The translations under genes were made by a program, and so were the position numbers. From Acidimicrobiales bacterium (GTDB taxonomy: Bacteria; Actinomycetota; Acidimicrobiia; Acidimicrobiales; RAAP-2): a stretch of 64,000 bases of DNA. Below are positions 19,053 to 29,332 of the stretch, piece after piece (positions within the stretch are counted from its first letter, which is position 1; every line of letters begins with the position of its first letter). The DNA lies in the NCBI GenBank assembly GCA_035530815.1, contig DATKTZ010000042.1:7810-71809 (forward strand), in the 5' to 3' direction. Under the pieces are notes generated by a model. It had not been told where the DNA came from, did no database searches, and saw nothing but the letters and a program-made list of their open reading frames with translations.

Positions 19053-19979
19053 CTAGCCGGGCGAGCCGGGCACGCTCTCCATCACGCTCCTGATCGCCTG
19101 GGCCGCACCGAGCAGCGCCGAGCTCTCGGCCGGGATGATGAGCTTGGTGTTCGCGCTCTCGGCGAACTTCGCCAGCGTGTCGAGTTGCAGGATCGCGACC
19201 AGCGTGGGATCGGGTGCCTGCTCCTTGATCGCGGCGTAGACCGACGCGATCGCCTGGGCGCGACCCTCGGCCTCGAGGATCAGCGCCTGGCGCCGTCCCT
19301 GGGCGCGCAGGACCGCGGCCTGCTGGGCGCCCTCGGCCTCTTTGATCGAGGCCTGCTTCTGGCCGTCGGCCACGTTCACCGCCGACTGCTGTTGACCCTC
19401 GGACTCGAGGATGCGCGCGCGCTTCTCCTGGTCCGCCTGCTTCTGGAGGGCCATGGCCTGGAGGATCTGCTCGGGGGGCGTGATCTCGAGAACCTCGACG
19501 CGGTTGATGCGCACGCCCCACTTGTCGGTGGCCTCCTCCATCTGGGTCTGCAACATGGTGCCGATGCGCTCGCGCTGGGAGAAGGCCTCGTCGAGGGTGA
19601 TGCTGCCAAAGACGGCGCGCACCGAGGTGCGCGCCAGGTTGTCCACGCTCACCAGGTAGTCCGAGTTGGTGAACAGGGCGAGTCGCACGTCGACCACCTG
19701 GGAGAAGATGGTCGCGTTGACGATCACGGCGACGTTGTCGCGCGTGATCACCTGCTGGCGATCGCCCGTGCGCGGCGTCTCGCGCACGTCGACGATCTTC
19801 ATGACCTCGATGAAGGGGACGATGAAGGTGAGTCCGGGGTTCTTCACGTCCTTGAACTCGCCGAAGCGTGTGACCACCCCCACGAAGCCCTGCTGGACGA
19901 TGCGCACCGCCTTCACGAGCCCCGCGACGACCACGAGCACGACGACCCCCGCCACAATTGCCAGAACAAGACCCATCAT
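19053..19979 (-). CDS. SPFH/band-7 (stomatin/QmcA-like) protein
   Basis: N-terminal TM; PGLTFIVPFIE, QQVITRDNV, TDKWGVRINRVE, AEG coiled-coil repeats. Confidence 0.9.
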   Translation of the reverse strand: MMGLVLAIVAGVVVLVVVAGLVKAVRIVQQGFVGVVTRFGEFKDVKNPGLTFIVPFIEVMKIVDVRETPRTGDRQQVITRDNVAVIVNATIFSQVVDVRLALFTNSDYLVSVDNLARTSVRAVFGSITLDEAFSQRERIGTMLQTQMEEATDKWGVRINRVEVLEITPPEQILQAMALQKQADQEKRARILESEGQQQSAVNVADGQKQASIKEAEGAQQAAVLRAQGRRQALILEAEGRAQAIASVYAAIKEQAPDPTLVAILQLDTLAKFAESANTKLIIPAESSALLGAAQAIRSVMESVPGSPG

Positions 19980-20124
19980 CCGCCCCCTTCACAAGAGCAA
20001 CGCGCGTTTCCGCGACCAGACAATTGCCTGTGATCGCGAGTGTAGTTGCCCTCATTTGCGGCGACCCCTTGCGGCCAATTCCCCGTTGCCTCTATGTTCG
20101 GATGCAAGGGTTGAAAGGAGTGAC

Positions 20125-21447
20125 GTGGACATCGCCACCTTTGTCGCCTCCGTCTTCGGCGGCGAGCTGCCATTTCGGGTCGAGGCCTACGACGGGAGCG
20201 TCGCCGAGGCCAGCGCCGACTCGCCCGCGCGCGAGGTCACCCTCAAGATCCTGCGCCGCGAGGCGATCACGCGCGTGCTGACCCACCCGGGCGAGCTGGG
20301 CCTCGCGCGCGCCTACGTCGCGGGCGACATTGACGTCGACGGCGACCTCGACGCCGTATTTCAACTGACGGTTCCCCCGGCGCGCCAGCTGCTGAAGGCC
20401 GCCAACGTGCGCTCGTTGCTGTCCGTGGTGGGCGCCGACGCCCTGCGCCCCCTGCCGCCACCGCCCATCGAGGCTCGCCAACGCGGCGTGCTGCACAGCC
20501 GCGGACGCGACCGCCAGGCGATCTCGCACCACTACGACGTCTCGAACCGCTTCTACGAGTTGGTGCTCGGTCCCTCGATGACCTACTCGTGCGCCGTATT
20601 CCGATCGCCCGAGGAGACCCTCGAGGCCGCCCAGACGCGCAAGGTCGACCTGGTAGCGAGAAAACTCGACCTGAAGCCGGGTATGCGACTGCTCGACGTG
20701 GGCTGCGGGTGGGGCGCGATGGGCATCCACGCGGCCACCCACTACGGTGCGTCGGTGGTGGGCGTCACGCTGTCCGAGCCCCAGCGGCGCTACGCCACCG
20801 AGCGGGCCAAACTCGCCGGGGTGAGCGACCTGGTCGAGTTCCGGGTCCAGGACTACCGCGACGTGAGCGACGGGCCCTTCGACGCCATCAGCTCGATCGG
20901 CATGTCCGAGCACGTGGGCCGACGCTCCCTGGGCGCCTACACCCAGAACCTCTTCGACCTGCTCGTGCCCGGCGGGCGCTTCCTCAACCACGCGATCGGC
21001 CGGCCGGTCTCGTTCGACGAGGACCCCCAGCCCTCGCGCGGCTCCGAGCTGAACCGCCAGATCCAGATCGCCCTGGGTATGCGCGGCCCCTCCAAGACCG
21101 GCAGCCAGTTCATCGATCGCTACGTCTTTCCCGACGGCGAGTTGCACGAGGTGGGCACGCTCGTCTCGATGTTCCAGGCCCACGGCTTCGAGGTGCGCCA
21201 CCTGGAGAGCCTGCGCGAGCACTACGCGCTGACCCTGCGCCGGTGGGTCGACAACTTGGTGAAGCGCTTCGATGAAGCGGTCGAGGAGGTCGGCGAGCAG
21301 CGGGCACGGGTGTGGCGGCTGTACATGGCGGGCTCGGCGGTGGCCTTCGAGCGTCACCACCTCGAGATCCACCAGATCCTGAGCGTGCGACCCCACGAGG
21401 GGGCGAGCACCATGGCCCTGCGCAACGACTTCGAGCCCACCTCCTAG
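20125..21447 (+). CDS. cfa: cyclopropane-fatty-acyl-phospholipid synthase family SAM methyltransferase
   Basis: ISHHYDVSNRFY, MTYSCA, LLDVGCGWG, SIGMSEHVG, YVFPDGEL, HYALTL; GAAAGGAG RBS before GTG. Confidence 0.88.
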   Translation: MDIATFVASVFGGELPFRVEAYDGSVAEASADSPAREVTLKILRREAITRVLTHPGELGLARAYVAGDIDVDGDLDAVFQLTVPPARQLLKAANVRSLLSVVGADALRPLPPPPIEARQRGVLHSRGRDRQAISHHYDVSNRFYELVLGPSMTYSCAVFRSPEETLEAAQTRKVDLVARKLDLKPGMRLLDVGCGWGAMGIHAATHYGASVVGVTLSEPQRRYATERAKLAGVSDLVEFRVQDYRDVSDGPFDAISSIGMSEHVGRRSLGAYTQNLFDLLVPGGRFLNHAIGRPVSFDEDPQPSRGSELNRQIQIALGMRGPSKTGSQFIDRYVFPDGELHEVGTLVSMFQAHGFEVRHLESLREHYALTLRRWVDNLVKRFDEAVEEVGEQRARVWRLYMAGSAVAFERHHLEIHQILSVRPHEGASTMALRNDFEPTS

Positions 21448-21557
21448 GGCGCGACTGCGCGCCGCAGCCGCGACGCGAAACTGAAGTGATTCTCAATCGT
21501 CAGAACTTCACACCCGATTCTTTCGCGCTTCTTACCTTGTTTCGTTACGGTGCTCGC

Positions 21558-22946
21558 ATGGCTTCGACCGATCAACTGACCACGGGTGAGTATCCCTGGA
21601 CCAGGGCCGCCGCCCCCTCGCGTCCCGCGCCCGCACCGATCCCCTGGGTCGCCGACGCGCTCGGCGTGGCGGCCGGGCTGGGTCTGGGCGTCATCGTCGC
21701 CATCCTGGTCGCCAACGAGTCGCGCGCCACACTCGCCGCACCCGGCGGGGTGCTCACCGCCCTCGGCCGGCTCACCGGGTTCACCGGCACCTACCTGATG
21801 CTGATCATGATCGTGCTCATCTCGCGCCTCCACTGGCTCGAGCGCGTCGCGGGCCAGGACCGGCTGGTGCGCTGGCACCGGACCATCGGCGGCTGGCCCA
21901 TCGTGCTCATCGCGGCGCACATCGTGTTCATCACACTCGGCTACGCCCAGACCACCAACGTGGGACCGCTGCACCAGTTCTGGACCATCCTCGCGCACTA
22001 CCCCGACATCCTCGCCTCGTTGGTGGGCTTCGCCCTACTCGTGCTGGCCGGGGTCAGCTCGGCCAAGATCGCGCGGCGCCGCCTCAAGTACGAGACCTGG
22101 TGGGCAGTGCACCTGTACATGTACCTCGCCCTGGCGCTGGCCTTCGCGCACCAGATCAAGATCGGCGTGCCCTTCCTCGGACACCCCCTCACCCGCGACT
22201 TCTGGATCGCGCTGTGGGTTGTCGTCGGCCTGGTCGCGCTCTCGTACCGCGTCATCACCCCGCTCGTGAAGAACCTGCGCTACCAGTTGCGCGTGGCCAG
22301 CGTCACCGAGGAGGTACCCGGGGTCTACTCGCTCACCTTCACCGGCAGGAACCTCTCACGCCTGGCCGTCGCGGGCGGTCAGTTCTTCCAGTGGCGCTTC
22401 TTCGCGAAGGACCTCTGGTGGCACTCGCACCCGTTCTCGCTCTCGGCGATGCCCCAACCCCCCTACCTACGCATCACCGTCAAGGCCGTCGGTGACCAGT
22501 CCTCGGCCCTCGCGCGGGTCCGGCCGGGCACCCGGGTATTCGTCGAGGGACCCTACGGCACCTTCACCAAACACGCCCGTTCGAGCGACCACGTCACCCT
22601 CATCGGCGCGGGCGTCGGCATCACCCCGCTGCGCGCCATCCTGGAGGACCTGCCGGCTCAGGTCAACGTCTCGGTCATCATCCGCGCCTCGAGTGTCAAC
22701 GGCGTTATCCACCGCGACGAGATCCAGGCTCTGGTGGAGGCGCGCAACGGCGACTACCACGAGGTCATCGGCCCACGCGCGCGCGTGCGCCTCGACGCGC
22801 GCGCACTGCGCAAGATCGTCACGAACCTGCACCACGGCGACGTCTACATCTGTGGCCCCCACGACTTCGCCAACGACATCGAGACGGCCGTGATCAAGGC
22901 CGGTGTCGGCACCGAACGAATCCACCGCGAGCAATTCGCCTTCTAG
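21558..22946 (+). CDS. ferric reductase-like transmembrane protein with FNR-type FAD/NAD domain
   Basis: TM His motifs (RWHR, AHI, WAVHLY, FAHQ); HPFSLS, EGPYG, GAGVGITP, YICGP, HREQFAF. Confidence 0.88.
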   Translation: MASTDQLTTGEYPWTRAAAPSRPAPAPIPWVADALGVAAGLGLGVIVAILVANESRATLAAPGGVLTALGRLTGFTGTYLMLIMIVLISRLHWLERVAGQDRLVRWHRTIGGWPIVLIAAHIVFITLGYAQTTNVGPLHQFWTILAHYPDILASLVGFALLVLAGVSSAKIARRRLKYETWWAVHLYMYLALALAFAHQIKIGVPFLGHPLTRDFWIALWVVVGLVALSYRVITPLVKNLRYQLRVASVTEEVPGVYSLTFTGRNLSRLAVAGGQFFQWRFFAKDLWWHSHPFSLSAMPQPPYLRITVKAVGDQSSALARVRPGTRVFVEGPYGTFTKHARSSDHVTLIGAGVGITPLRAILEDLPAQVNVSVIIRASSVNGVIHRDEIQALVEARNGDYHEVIGPRARVRLDARALRKIVTNLHHGDVYICGPHDFANDIETAVIKAGVGTERIHREQFAF

Positions 22947-22987
22947 AACTACGAGGTAACCATGACCCCACGAACCGCGAGCGCGAC

Positions 22988-23578
22988 GTGAAGAGGGCCC
23001 CGTTCATCATCACCGGCACCATCGTCGGCCTCGCGGGTGTGCTCAGCTTTCGCTCCACCCCGGCCAAGATCAGCCTGGGGGCGCTCCCGACGAGCGCGGT
23101 GGTGAAGAACGCCACGACCAGTCAGTCCACCACCACCGCTACTGGTTCGCCAGGGTCTTCGACGACGAGCCCGCCGAGCACGACGCGCGCCACGACGTCA
23201 CCCCCCACGACGGTGCCCACCAGACGTGCGAGCACCACCACGACACCCACCACGACGACACCCACCACGACGGTGCCGGTCACCACGGCGCCCACCACCC
23301 GCACCGCGGTGGGACCGAGTGTCAACTACTACTTCGGCATCCTGTCGGTCTCGGTGACCGCCACCGGGACCCGCGTCCAGAAGGTGACCATCCACTCGAT
23401 CAACGACGGCGGCAATCCGCGATCGCAGTACATCGACCAGGCGTCGATCCCGATGCTCGAACAGCAGGCGCTCGCGGCCCAGAACGCGAACATCCAGGGC
23501 GTCTCGGGCGCGAGCTACACGAGCGCGGGCTTCAAGATGTCGCTCCAGGGGGCTCTCAAGCAGCTGGGCATCAAGTAG
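22988..23578 (+). CDS. extracytoplasmic FMN-binding (flavinylation substrate) protein
   Basis: N-terminal signal, Thr/Pro-rich linker, IQGVSGASYTS flavinylation motif. Confidence 0.85.
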   Translation: MKRAPFIITGTIVGLAGVLSFRSTPAKISLGALPTSAVVKNATTSQSTTTATGSPGSSTTSPPSTTRATTSPPTTVPTRRASTTTTPTTTTPTTTVPVTTAPTTRTAVGPSVNYYFGILSVSVTATGTRVQKVTIHSINDGGNPRSQYIDQASIPMLEQQALAAQNANIQGVSGASYTSAGFKMSLQGALKQLGIK

Positions 23579-24367
23579 ATGTCGCGCACGCGACCCCAGA
23601 CGACGCACGCGACCCTGCACTTCGAGCACGAGGTGATGGGCACGGTGGTGACCTTCGACCTCTACCGCGCCGCGGGTCTGTCGCGCGAGGACCTCGAGAC
23701 CCGGCTCGTTCGAAGCGTCGCGACACTGGACGAGGCGGACACCGTATTCAGCACGTGGAAGCCCGACAGCGCGCTGAGTCGGCTGCGCCACGGCACCATT
23801 AGCCTCGGTGAAGCGCCACCCGACGTGGCCGAAGTGCTCGCTGAGTGCAAGGACACCAAGCATCTCTCGGGCGGCTGGTTCGACCCGTGGGCCGTGCCCG
23901 GCGGTGTGGACCCCACCGGTTACGTGAAGGGGTGGGCGACCCAGCGCGCGCTCGGCCACCTCGTCGACGCGGGACTCGACGGCGCGATGATCAACGCCGC
24001 GGGCGACATCGCCAGCTTCGGCGGGCCCGGCCGCGACACGAGCTTTCGCGTGGGCATCGTCAATCCCGCCTCACCACTGCAGTTGGCGTGCGCGGTCGAG
24101 CTTCGCGGCGCGTTGGCGACGTCGGGCACCTACGAGCGCGGGTCGCACCTCGTCAACCCCTTCACCGGTGTGCACGAGACTCGCGTAGCCTCGGCCAGCG
24201 TGACGGGCCCCGACCTTGGCGTCGCCGACGCGCTGGCCACCGCCTTGTGCGTGGGCGGCGATGAGGTGCTCGCCATCATCGAGCACCTCGCACACTACGA
24301 GGCGTTCATCATCGGCCACGACGGCCACCGCCAGTGGACGAGCGACTTCGCCTTCGCCCCGCTGTAG
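23579..24367 (+). CDS. apbE: FAD:protein FMN transferase
   Basis: VMGT, FSTWKPDS, DPTGYVKGWA, NAAGDI, ATSGTYERGSH, ADALATA. Confidence 0.9.
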   Translation: MSRTRPQTTHATLHFEHEVMGTVVTFDLYRAAGLSREDLETRLVRSVATLDEADTVFSTWKPDSALSRLRHGTISLGEAPPDVAEVLAECKDTKHLSGGWFDPWAVPGGVDPTGYVKGWATQRALGHLVDAGLDGAMINAAGDIASFGGPGRDTSFRVGIVNPASPLQLACAVELRGALATSGTYERGSHLVNPFTGVHETRVASASVTGPDLGVADALATALCVGGDEVLAIIEHLAHYEAFIIGHDGHRQWTSDFAFAPL

Positions 24368-24370
24368 TCG

Positions 24371-26074
24371 CTACTCGCCGCTCCACGCTTCGAGCTCGCT
24401 TTCGAAGTCGTCTAGACCCATCGGCCCCAGGTTGAGCGCGAACGCGTGGAAGGCCTTCAGCGAGAACGCGGCGCCCAGGCGCTCGTTCGCGCGCTCGCGC
24501 GCTCGCAGCCACGCGCGCTCGCCCACCTTGTACGAGATGGCCTGGCCCGGAAGGCCGAGGTACCGGTCAACCTCGGAGACCGCGAAGTCGTGGTGCTCGA
24601 GCGCGTAGGTCTCGAGCAGCGCGACCGCCATCTCGGGGTCCCAGGTCCGGCCCGAGCAGTCGCCCAGCGCGCCGAGCTCGCCCAAACCTACGGGTGCGCG
24701 CAACCCCAGGTGCAGCCCGATGTCGACCACGACGCGCGCAGCGCGCAGCGCCTGACCGGCGAGGAAGCCCAGTTCCTCGCCGGGGTCGGCGAAGAACCCC
24801 AGTTCGTCCATCAACCGCTCGGCGTACAGGGCCCAACCCTCGCCGTAGGCGCTGTACCACGCGTCCAGTCGCTGGAAGCGACTCTGGCGCTCGGCCGCGA
24901 GCAGCGAGATTGCGTTTTGGAGGTGGTGACCCGGCACGCCTTCGTGGTACCAGGTGGACGCGTGCTGCCACCACGAGAACGTGGTGGCGCCCAGGGTCGG
25001 AAACCAGGTCGTGCCGGGCCGCGACAAGTCCTCACTGGGACCGATGTAGTACGGGGCCGCGGCCGAACCCTCGGGCGCGAGACGCGCGTCACAGAAGCGC
25101 ACGCGCGGGTCGATGTCGAAGTAGGTGCCCTCCAGTGCCTCGACGGCGCGCTCGGTGAACCCGCGCAGGCGAGTCAGCAGCTCCTCGGTGCCGTGGATCT
25201 GGCGCGACGGATCGTGCTCGAAGTACTCGGCCGCCTGGGTGAGGCGGGTCGCGCCCGGCACCACCACCCTCGCAATCTCCCACATGCGCGCGCTGATACG
25301 ACCCAGGTCCTCGGCGCCCCACGCGTAGAGCTCCTCGAGGTCCAGCTCGGCGCCGGTGTGATAGCGGGCCCAGAGCGCGTAGCGCTCCCTCCCGCAGGCG
25401 TCGCGCTCGTCGGCCGCGGGCACCAGCGCGTCGCGGATCCACGCGGCGAGTTCGATGAAGGCGAGCTGCGCGTCGAGCGCGTGGGTGACCAGCGCGCTCG
25501 CGTCGTCGGCGTCGGGGGCGATGCGGCCCACGAAGTCGACGAACGCGCCCTCGCCGTAGAGCTGGGCCTGGTCCGCGACGCCCACGAGGTGGCGTCGCGA
25601 CGGCAACGTACGGGTGTGCGCGAGTTCCTCGAGCGTCTCTCGCCAACTCGCCAACGAACGGCGAACGCGCGCGAGGCGCTGGGCCAGCACGTCGTGCTGC
25701 TTGGGCGTGTCCACGCTCATGAGCTCGAAGACCTGGCGGATGTCGGCGACCGGGGACGCGATGACCGAGAACGTGCGCTCCCACTCTCCCGATTCGATCA
25801 GGAGCAGTCGGGCGCGCAGTCGATCTTCCAACACCAGGGCCGCGACGCGGTCGACGTCGTCGAGCACGGTCATCTGGGCGAGCGTCGCCAGCTGCACGCG
25901 CAGCCGGTCGATGTCCGCGTCGCGCTTGGCGGGCGAGAAGTCGGTGAGGAGGTGATCGAAGCCGCCAACGCCCGCCATGGTCGCGAAGATCGGATCGGCG
26001 GCGGCGTCCGCGTCGACCACGTCGCTCGCGAACTCGAACATCGGTGAGCGGTGCTGTGCTGAGCCCATGGCCAT
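24371..26074 (-). CDS. DUF885-family protein (metallopeptidase-like)
   Basis: YHEGVPGHHLQ, GEGWALYAE, RAARVVVDIGLH, EVDRY..PGQAISYKVG. Confidence 0.88.
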   Translation of the reverse strand: MAMGSAQHRSPMFEFASDVVDADAAADPIFATMAGVGGFDHLLTDFSPAKRDADIDRLRVQLATLAQMTVLDDVDRVAALVLEDRLRARLLLIESGEWERTFSVIASPVADIRQVFELMSVDTPKQHDVLAQRLARVRRSLASWRETLEELAHTRTLPSRRHLVGVADQAQLYGEGAFVDFVGRIAPDADDASALVTHALDAQLAFIELAAWIRDALVPAADERDACGRERYALWARYHTGAELDLEELYAWGAEDLGRISARMWEIARVVVPGATRLTQAAEYFEHDPSRQIHGTEELLTRLRGFTERAVEALEGTYFDIDPRVRFCDARLAPEGSAAAPYYIGPSEDLSRPGTTWFPTLGATTFSWWQHASTWYHEGVPGHHLQNAISLLAAERQSRFQRLDAWYSAYGEGWALYAERLMDELGFFADPGEELGFLAGQALRAARVVVDIGLHLGLRAPVGLGELGALGDCSGRTWDPEMAVALLETYALEHHDFAVSEVDRYLGLPGQAISYKVGERAWLRARERANERLGAAFSLKAFHAFALNLGPMGLDDFESELEAWSGE

Positions 26075-26147
26075 TCCCTTCGACGCGTGCGGCGCCTCTT
26101 GTGGAGTGTAGAACGCGTCGGGGGCCGCGTCACGAGACGCCGGGACT

Positions 26148-26462
26148 TCACTCGGCGTCGTCGAAGTGGAGCTCGCCCAGCACCGCGCGCAGTTGGCGAC
26201 CCATCTCGCGCGGATTTCCCGACACGGTGGCGATCACCTCGCCCTCGATCTCGGTGTTGTCGCCGGGCTGAAAGAGCTCGACGCGAAGGCCCCGGCCGGC
26301 CTTGGTGGCCTGGACCACCCACGGCAGCCCGATCTGGCCCGAGTCGCGCGTCGCCATGATCTGGCCGCGCCGACCCAGACCGAAGCTCCACTGGGGCGAT
26401 CGGGCGGCGTCCATGATCCGCTCGAACTCACCATTGCTCGAAAGTCCCGATGTTCTGGCCAC
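26148..26462 (-). CDS. hypothetical protein
   Basis: Fills the gap co-directionally between SRPBCC and DUF885; globular-looking composition. Confidence 0.6.
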   Translation of the reverse strand: MARTSGLSSNGEFERIMDAARSPQWSFGLGRRGQIMATRDSGQIGLPWVVQATKAGRGLRVELFQPGDNTEIEGEVIATVSGNPREMGRQLRAVLGELHFDDAE

Positions 26463-26485
26463 GGCGACACTCTAGGGTGACGCTG

Positions 26486-26938
26486 TCACCCTGGCGGCGG
26501 CGCTGACTCGAGTTCGTCCTTCAGTCGTTCGAGCGTGGTGCGAATCGACTGCTTCGTGAACTCGGCGCGATCGAAGCTGGAGTCGGATCCTCGCCGCATC
26601 ATCGCGTTGCGCCGGTCCAGCCAACGCTCCTCGACCCGGCAGCCCGTGGGCGTGGGTGTGATCTCGAATTCCCAGCGCGAGATGCGAAAGGCCTTGAATT
26701 TGACCTCGAAGGCGAAGCGTCGCGGTGCCTCGAAGTCGGTCACCGTCGCCACGGTCGACCACGAGGACTCACCGTGGGTGTTCGTACCCCGGAACTTGGC
26801 GCCGGGCGCTGGGCCCCCGCCCAGCCACTGGCCGCCAGTGTTCTCGGGGGAACGACGCCCCATCGACGCCAGGTCGCTGACCGCCGCGAAGGCCCGCTCG
26901 GGCGCGACGGCTATCTCTATTGAGTCGCTGTGGTCCAT
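26486..26938 (-). CDS. SRPBCC (polyketide cyclase/START-like) family protein
   Basis: SIEIAVAPERAFAAVSDL..SPE, GAKFRGTN, C-terminal helix IRTTLERLK. Confidence 0.85.
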   Translation of the reverse strand: MDHSDSIEIAVAPERAFAAVSDLASMGRRSPENTGGQWLGGGPAPGAKFRGTNTHGESSWSTVATVTDFEAPRRFAFEVKFKAFRISRWEFEITPTPTGCRVEERWLDRRNAMMRRGSDSSFDRAEFTKQSIRTTLERLKDELESAPPPG

Positions 26939-27186
26939 CGCGAAACCATAGACGACCGCGTTGGCCGCCGCTTGGCGAGCGGCCAGCACGCGAACAGTCT
27001 GTTACCGGGGTCGATAGCGTGCGCCACTTCAAAGAATGCACCACACGATTTGCGTCCAACTGATCGCCGAACGTCACCTGCGAGAGCGGACACGCCAGTG
27101 AGATTTGACCAACTCGGCCGCCGGTACCAGCCAGGTAGTTCAAGCGAGCACACTCGCTTGAACTACCTGGCTACTGCGGCAACTAT

Positions 27187-27927
27187 TCAAACATTGGACG
27201 GGTCGTTGCCGTGACTCACCACGTAGGAGACGCAGTCGCCCTGATTCTTGAACGGATTCCCATTGGCGTCGGCCCAGTTCTGCCACCCGCCGTGCTTGCA
27301 CGACGCCGTGCTCGTCAGCGAGGACGTCACCGTAAGGCTCGCCAGGACTCCCGCCGGATTGCAAGTATCACCCGAGCACGGCCAAGCGGGGTTGGTTCCC
27401 GTGATTGCGATCGTGTTGCTGCCCGGCAAAAGCGCGCTCGTGACGTCAATGGTGACCGCATTCTCGAAGTTGGCGGCATCGACACTCGACGTATTCGTCC
27501 CACCAACGAGAGTCCCATTCACCGTGACGCTGGCCCAGTTGTCCGCTGCAAGAAGCAGGGTTCCACCCTGGGGCATTCCAGTGACATCAAACGTCTTGGT
27601 GAAGGTGACCGACTCCGCAGGCGCGTTGCCCGGCGTGCCGGGAGAAGTGCCCACACACGACGTCACGTCCGGCGCCCAAATCCACGACGCGCCAGAGATG
27701 TTTGCCGTCCAGGCAGAGTTCGGGCACTCCACCACCGCGGGGCTCGTCCCGGATCCGTTGGTTGCCATCCACGTGGCATCGGTAACGTAGGTGTTGGTCA
27801 ATGTAGCCGTTGCCGCGACGGGCGGTTGCCCCGCTGCAGCGGTCCCGACGGCGATGGGGCTCAAGAGTGTCGTTACACCCATGCCCAACGTCACGACGAG
27901 CACTCCTACACTCCGGAATTTCCTCAT
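27187..27927 (-). CDS. secreted protein with lectin/galactose-binding-like beta-sandwich and C-terminal Cys-pair motif
   Basis: Signal peptide; ISGASWIW, FTKTF, AADNWASVTVNG, LLPGSNTIAI, NPAGV; tail CKHGGWQNW..FKNQGDCVSYV; GGAGG RBS. Confidence 0.72.
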   Translation of the reverse strand: MRKFRSVGVLVVTLGMGVTTLLSPIAVGTAAAGQPPVAATATLTNTYVTDATWMATNGSGTSPAVVECPNSAWTANISGASWIWAPDVTSCVGTSPGTPGNAPAESVTFTKTFDVTGMPQGGTLLLAADNWASVTVNGTLVGGTNTSSVDAANFENAVTIDVTSALLPGSNTIAITGTNPAWPCSGDTCNPAGVLASLTVTSSLTSTASCKHGGWQNWADANGNPFKNQGDCVSYVVSHGNDPSNV

Positions 27928-28354
27928 ACCAGCCCTCCATGTCAGTCACGCGAGGAGCCGGTTTCGCCACTCAGCTCGTCGCGGACGTCATGGCGACCAT
28001 TCAGGTCCGCAAGTCAAAGCATCTTCCCCACAATCAGGAATTCTTCCTGTCAGAGGGAAACTACAGGCACCGTCGACGAGCCGCAAGTTCGAATCTCTAC
28101 CCAACTGCCGACTGACAACCCAATGGACAAAGGAACACCACGTGTCCGCTGACACCTCCTGCGGACGATGGCGACTCGTTCAATTGCGAAATCACAACTG
28201 CCCCAATTGCGATACATCGTGCAACGCGCTGCGAATTGCTGGAGTGTGATGCTCCTTTAAATTCGCCACTCGGCCACGTCATCTCAAGGAGCATCACCAC
28301 GGGTCACGGTCTCGCAATGCCCAAGTGCCGCTGGACAAGCGCCCAGCGCCAGCG

Positions 28355-29332
28355 CTAGGAGTTCATCGTCTTCTCGATGGTCGCGACGATGCGCTCGATC
28401 GAGGGGATCGCCAGGTCCTCGAGCGAGTCGGCCGCGGGCAGGGGGATGTGCGGGGTCGTGATGCGCACGACCGGGCCGTCGAGGTCGTAGAAGATCTCCT
28501 CAGCGACGATCGAGGCGAGCTCGCCGCCCCACCCGCACAGGCGCGGGTTCTCCTCGACGGTGAACAGGCGTCCGGTGGCCGCCACCTCACGCAGGATCGT
28601 CGTGGTGTCGAGGGGCACCAGCGAGCGCACGTCCACCACCGTGCAGTCGATGCCCGTGTTCGCCAACTCCTCGGCCGCGGCGAGCGCGCGCGGCACCATG
28701 AAGCCGAGCGCGACGATGGTCGCGTCACTTCCCTGGCGCAGCACCTTGGCCGAACCCAGGGTGTCGACGATCTCACCGTCGGGCACCTCCATCTTGCTCG
28801 GATACAGCGCTTTGGCCTCGAGGAAAATCACCGGGTCCTGGTCGCGCACCGCCGCGGCCATGAGTCCAATGACGTCGAGGGCGTTCGAGGGCGCGACGAC
28901 CTTGAGGCCGGGGATCATCATCGCCCAGTTCTCGACGCTCTGAGAATGCTGGGCGCCGAAACGCAGCCCCCCGCCATTACCCGAGCGGATCACCAGCGGG
29001 AAGGTCATCTGCCCGTTGGTCATGTAGCGGCTCTTGGCGATCTCGTTGACCACGATGTCCCAGCACACGGCGAAGAAGTCCGCGAACATGATCTCGGCGA
29101 TCGGGCGCATGCCGGTCATCGCCGCGCCCATCGCCGCGCCCAGGATGGCCTGCTCGCTAATGGGGGTGTCGCGCACGCGCACGGGCCCGAACTCGTCCAG
29201 CACGCCGACCGTTCCCTTGAAGACGCCGCCGGCGGCCCCGATGTCCTCGCCCAGCATCACCACCGATTCGTCACGTCGCATCTCTTGCGCGATGCCGCGA
29301 GCGATCGCTTCTCGATACGTCAGTTGCGCCAT
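28355..29332 (-). CDS. 2-oxoacid/acetoin dehydrogenase E1 beta subunit
   Basis: GEDIGAAGGVF, DTPISEQ, EIMFADF, GAQHSQS, DVRSLVPLD. Confidence 0.92.
   Translation of the reverse strand: MAQLTYREAIARGIAQEMRRDESVVMLGEDIGAAGGVFKGTVGVLDEFGPVRVRDTPISEQAILGAAMGAAMTGMRPIAEIMFADFFAVCWDIVVNEIAKSRYMTNGQMTFPLVIRSGNGGGLRFGAQHSQSVENWAMMIPGLKVVAPSNALDVIGLMAAAVRDQDPVIFLEAKALYPSKMEVPDGEIVDTLGSAKVLRQGSDATIVALGFMVPRALAAAEELANTGIDCTVVDVRSLVPLDTTTILREVAATGRLFTVEENPRLCGWGGELASIVAEEIFYDLDGPVVRITTPHIPLPAADSLEDLAIPSIERIVATIEKTMNS

Noticed and set aside
23110-23300. ACC/ACG-rich tandem repeats
   Set aside because: They encode the Thr/Pro linker of the FMN-binding protein and are not an independent element
27930-28330. 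Riboswitch or ncRNA upstream of the secreted protein
   Set aside because: No conserved riboswitch core recognised by eye; would need an Infernal/Rfam search
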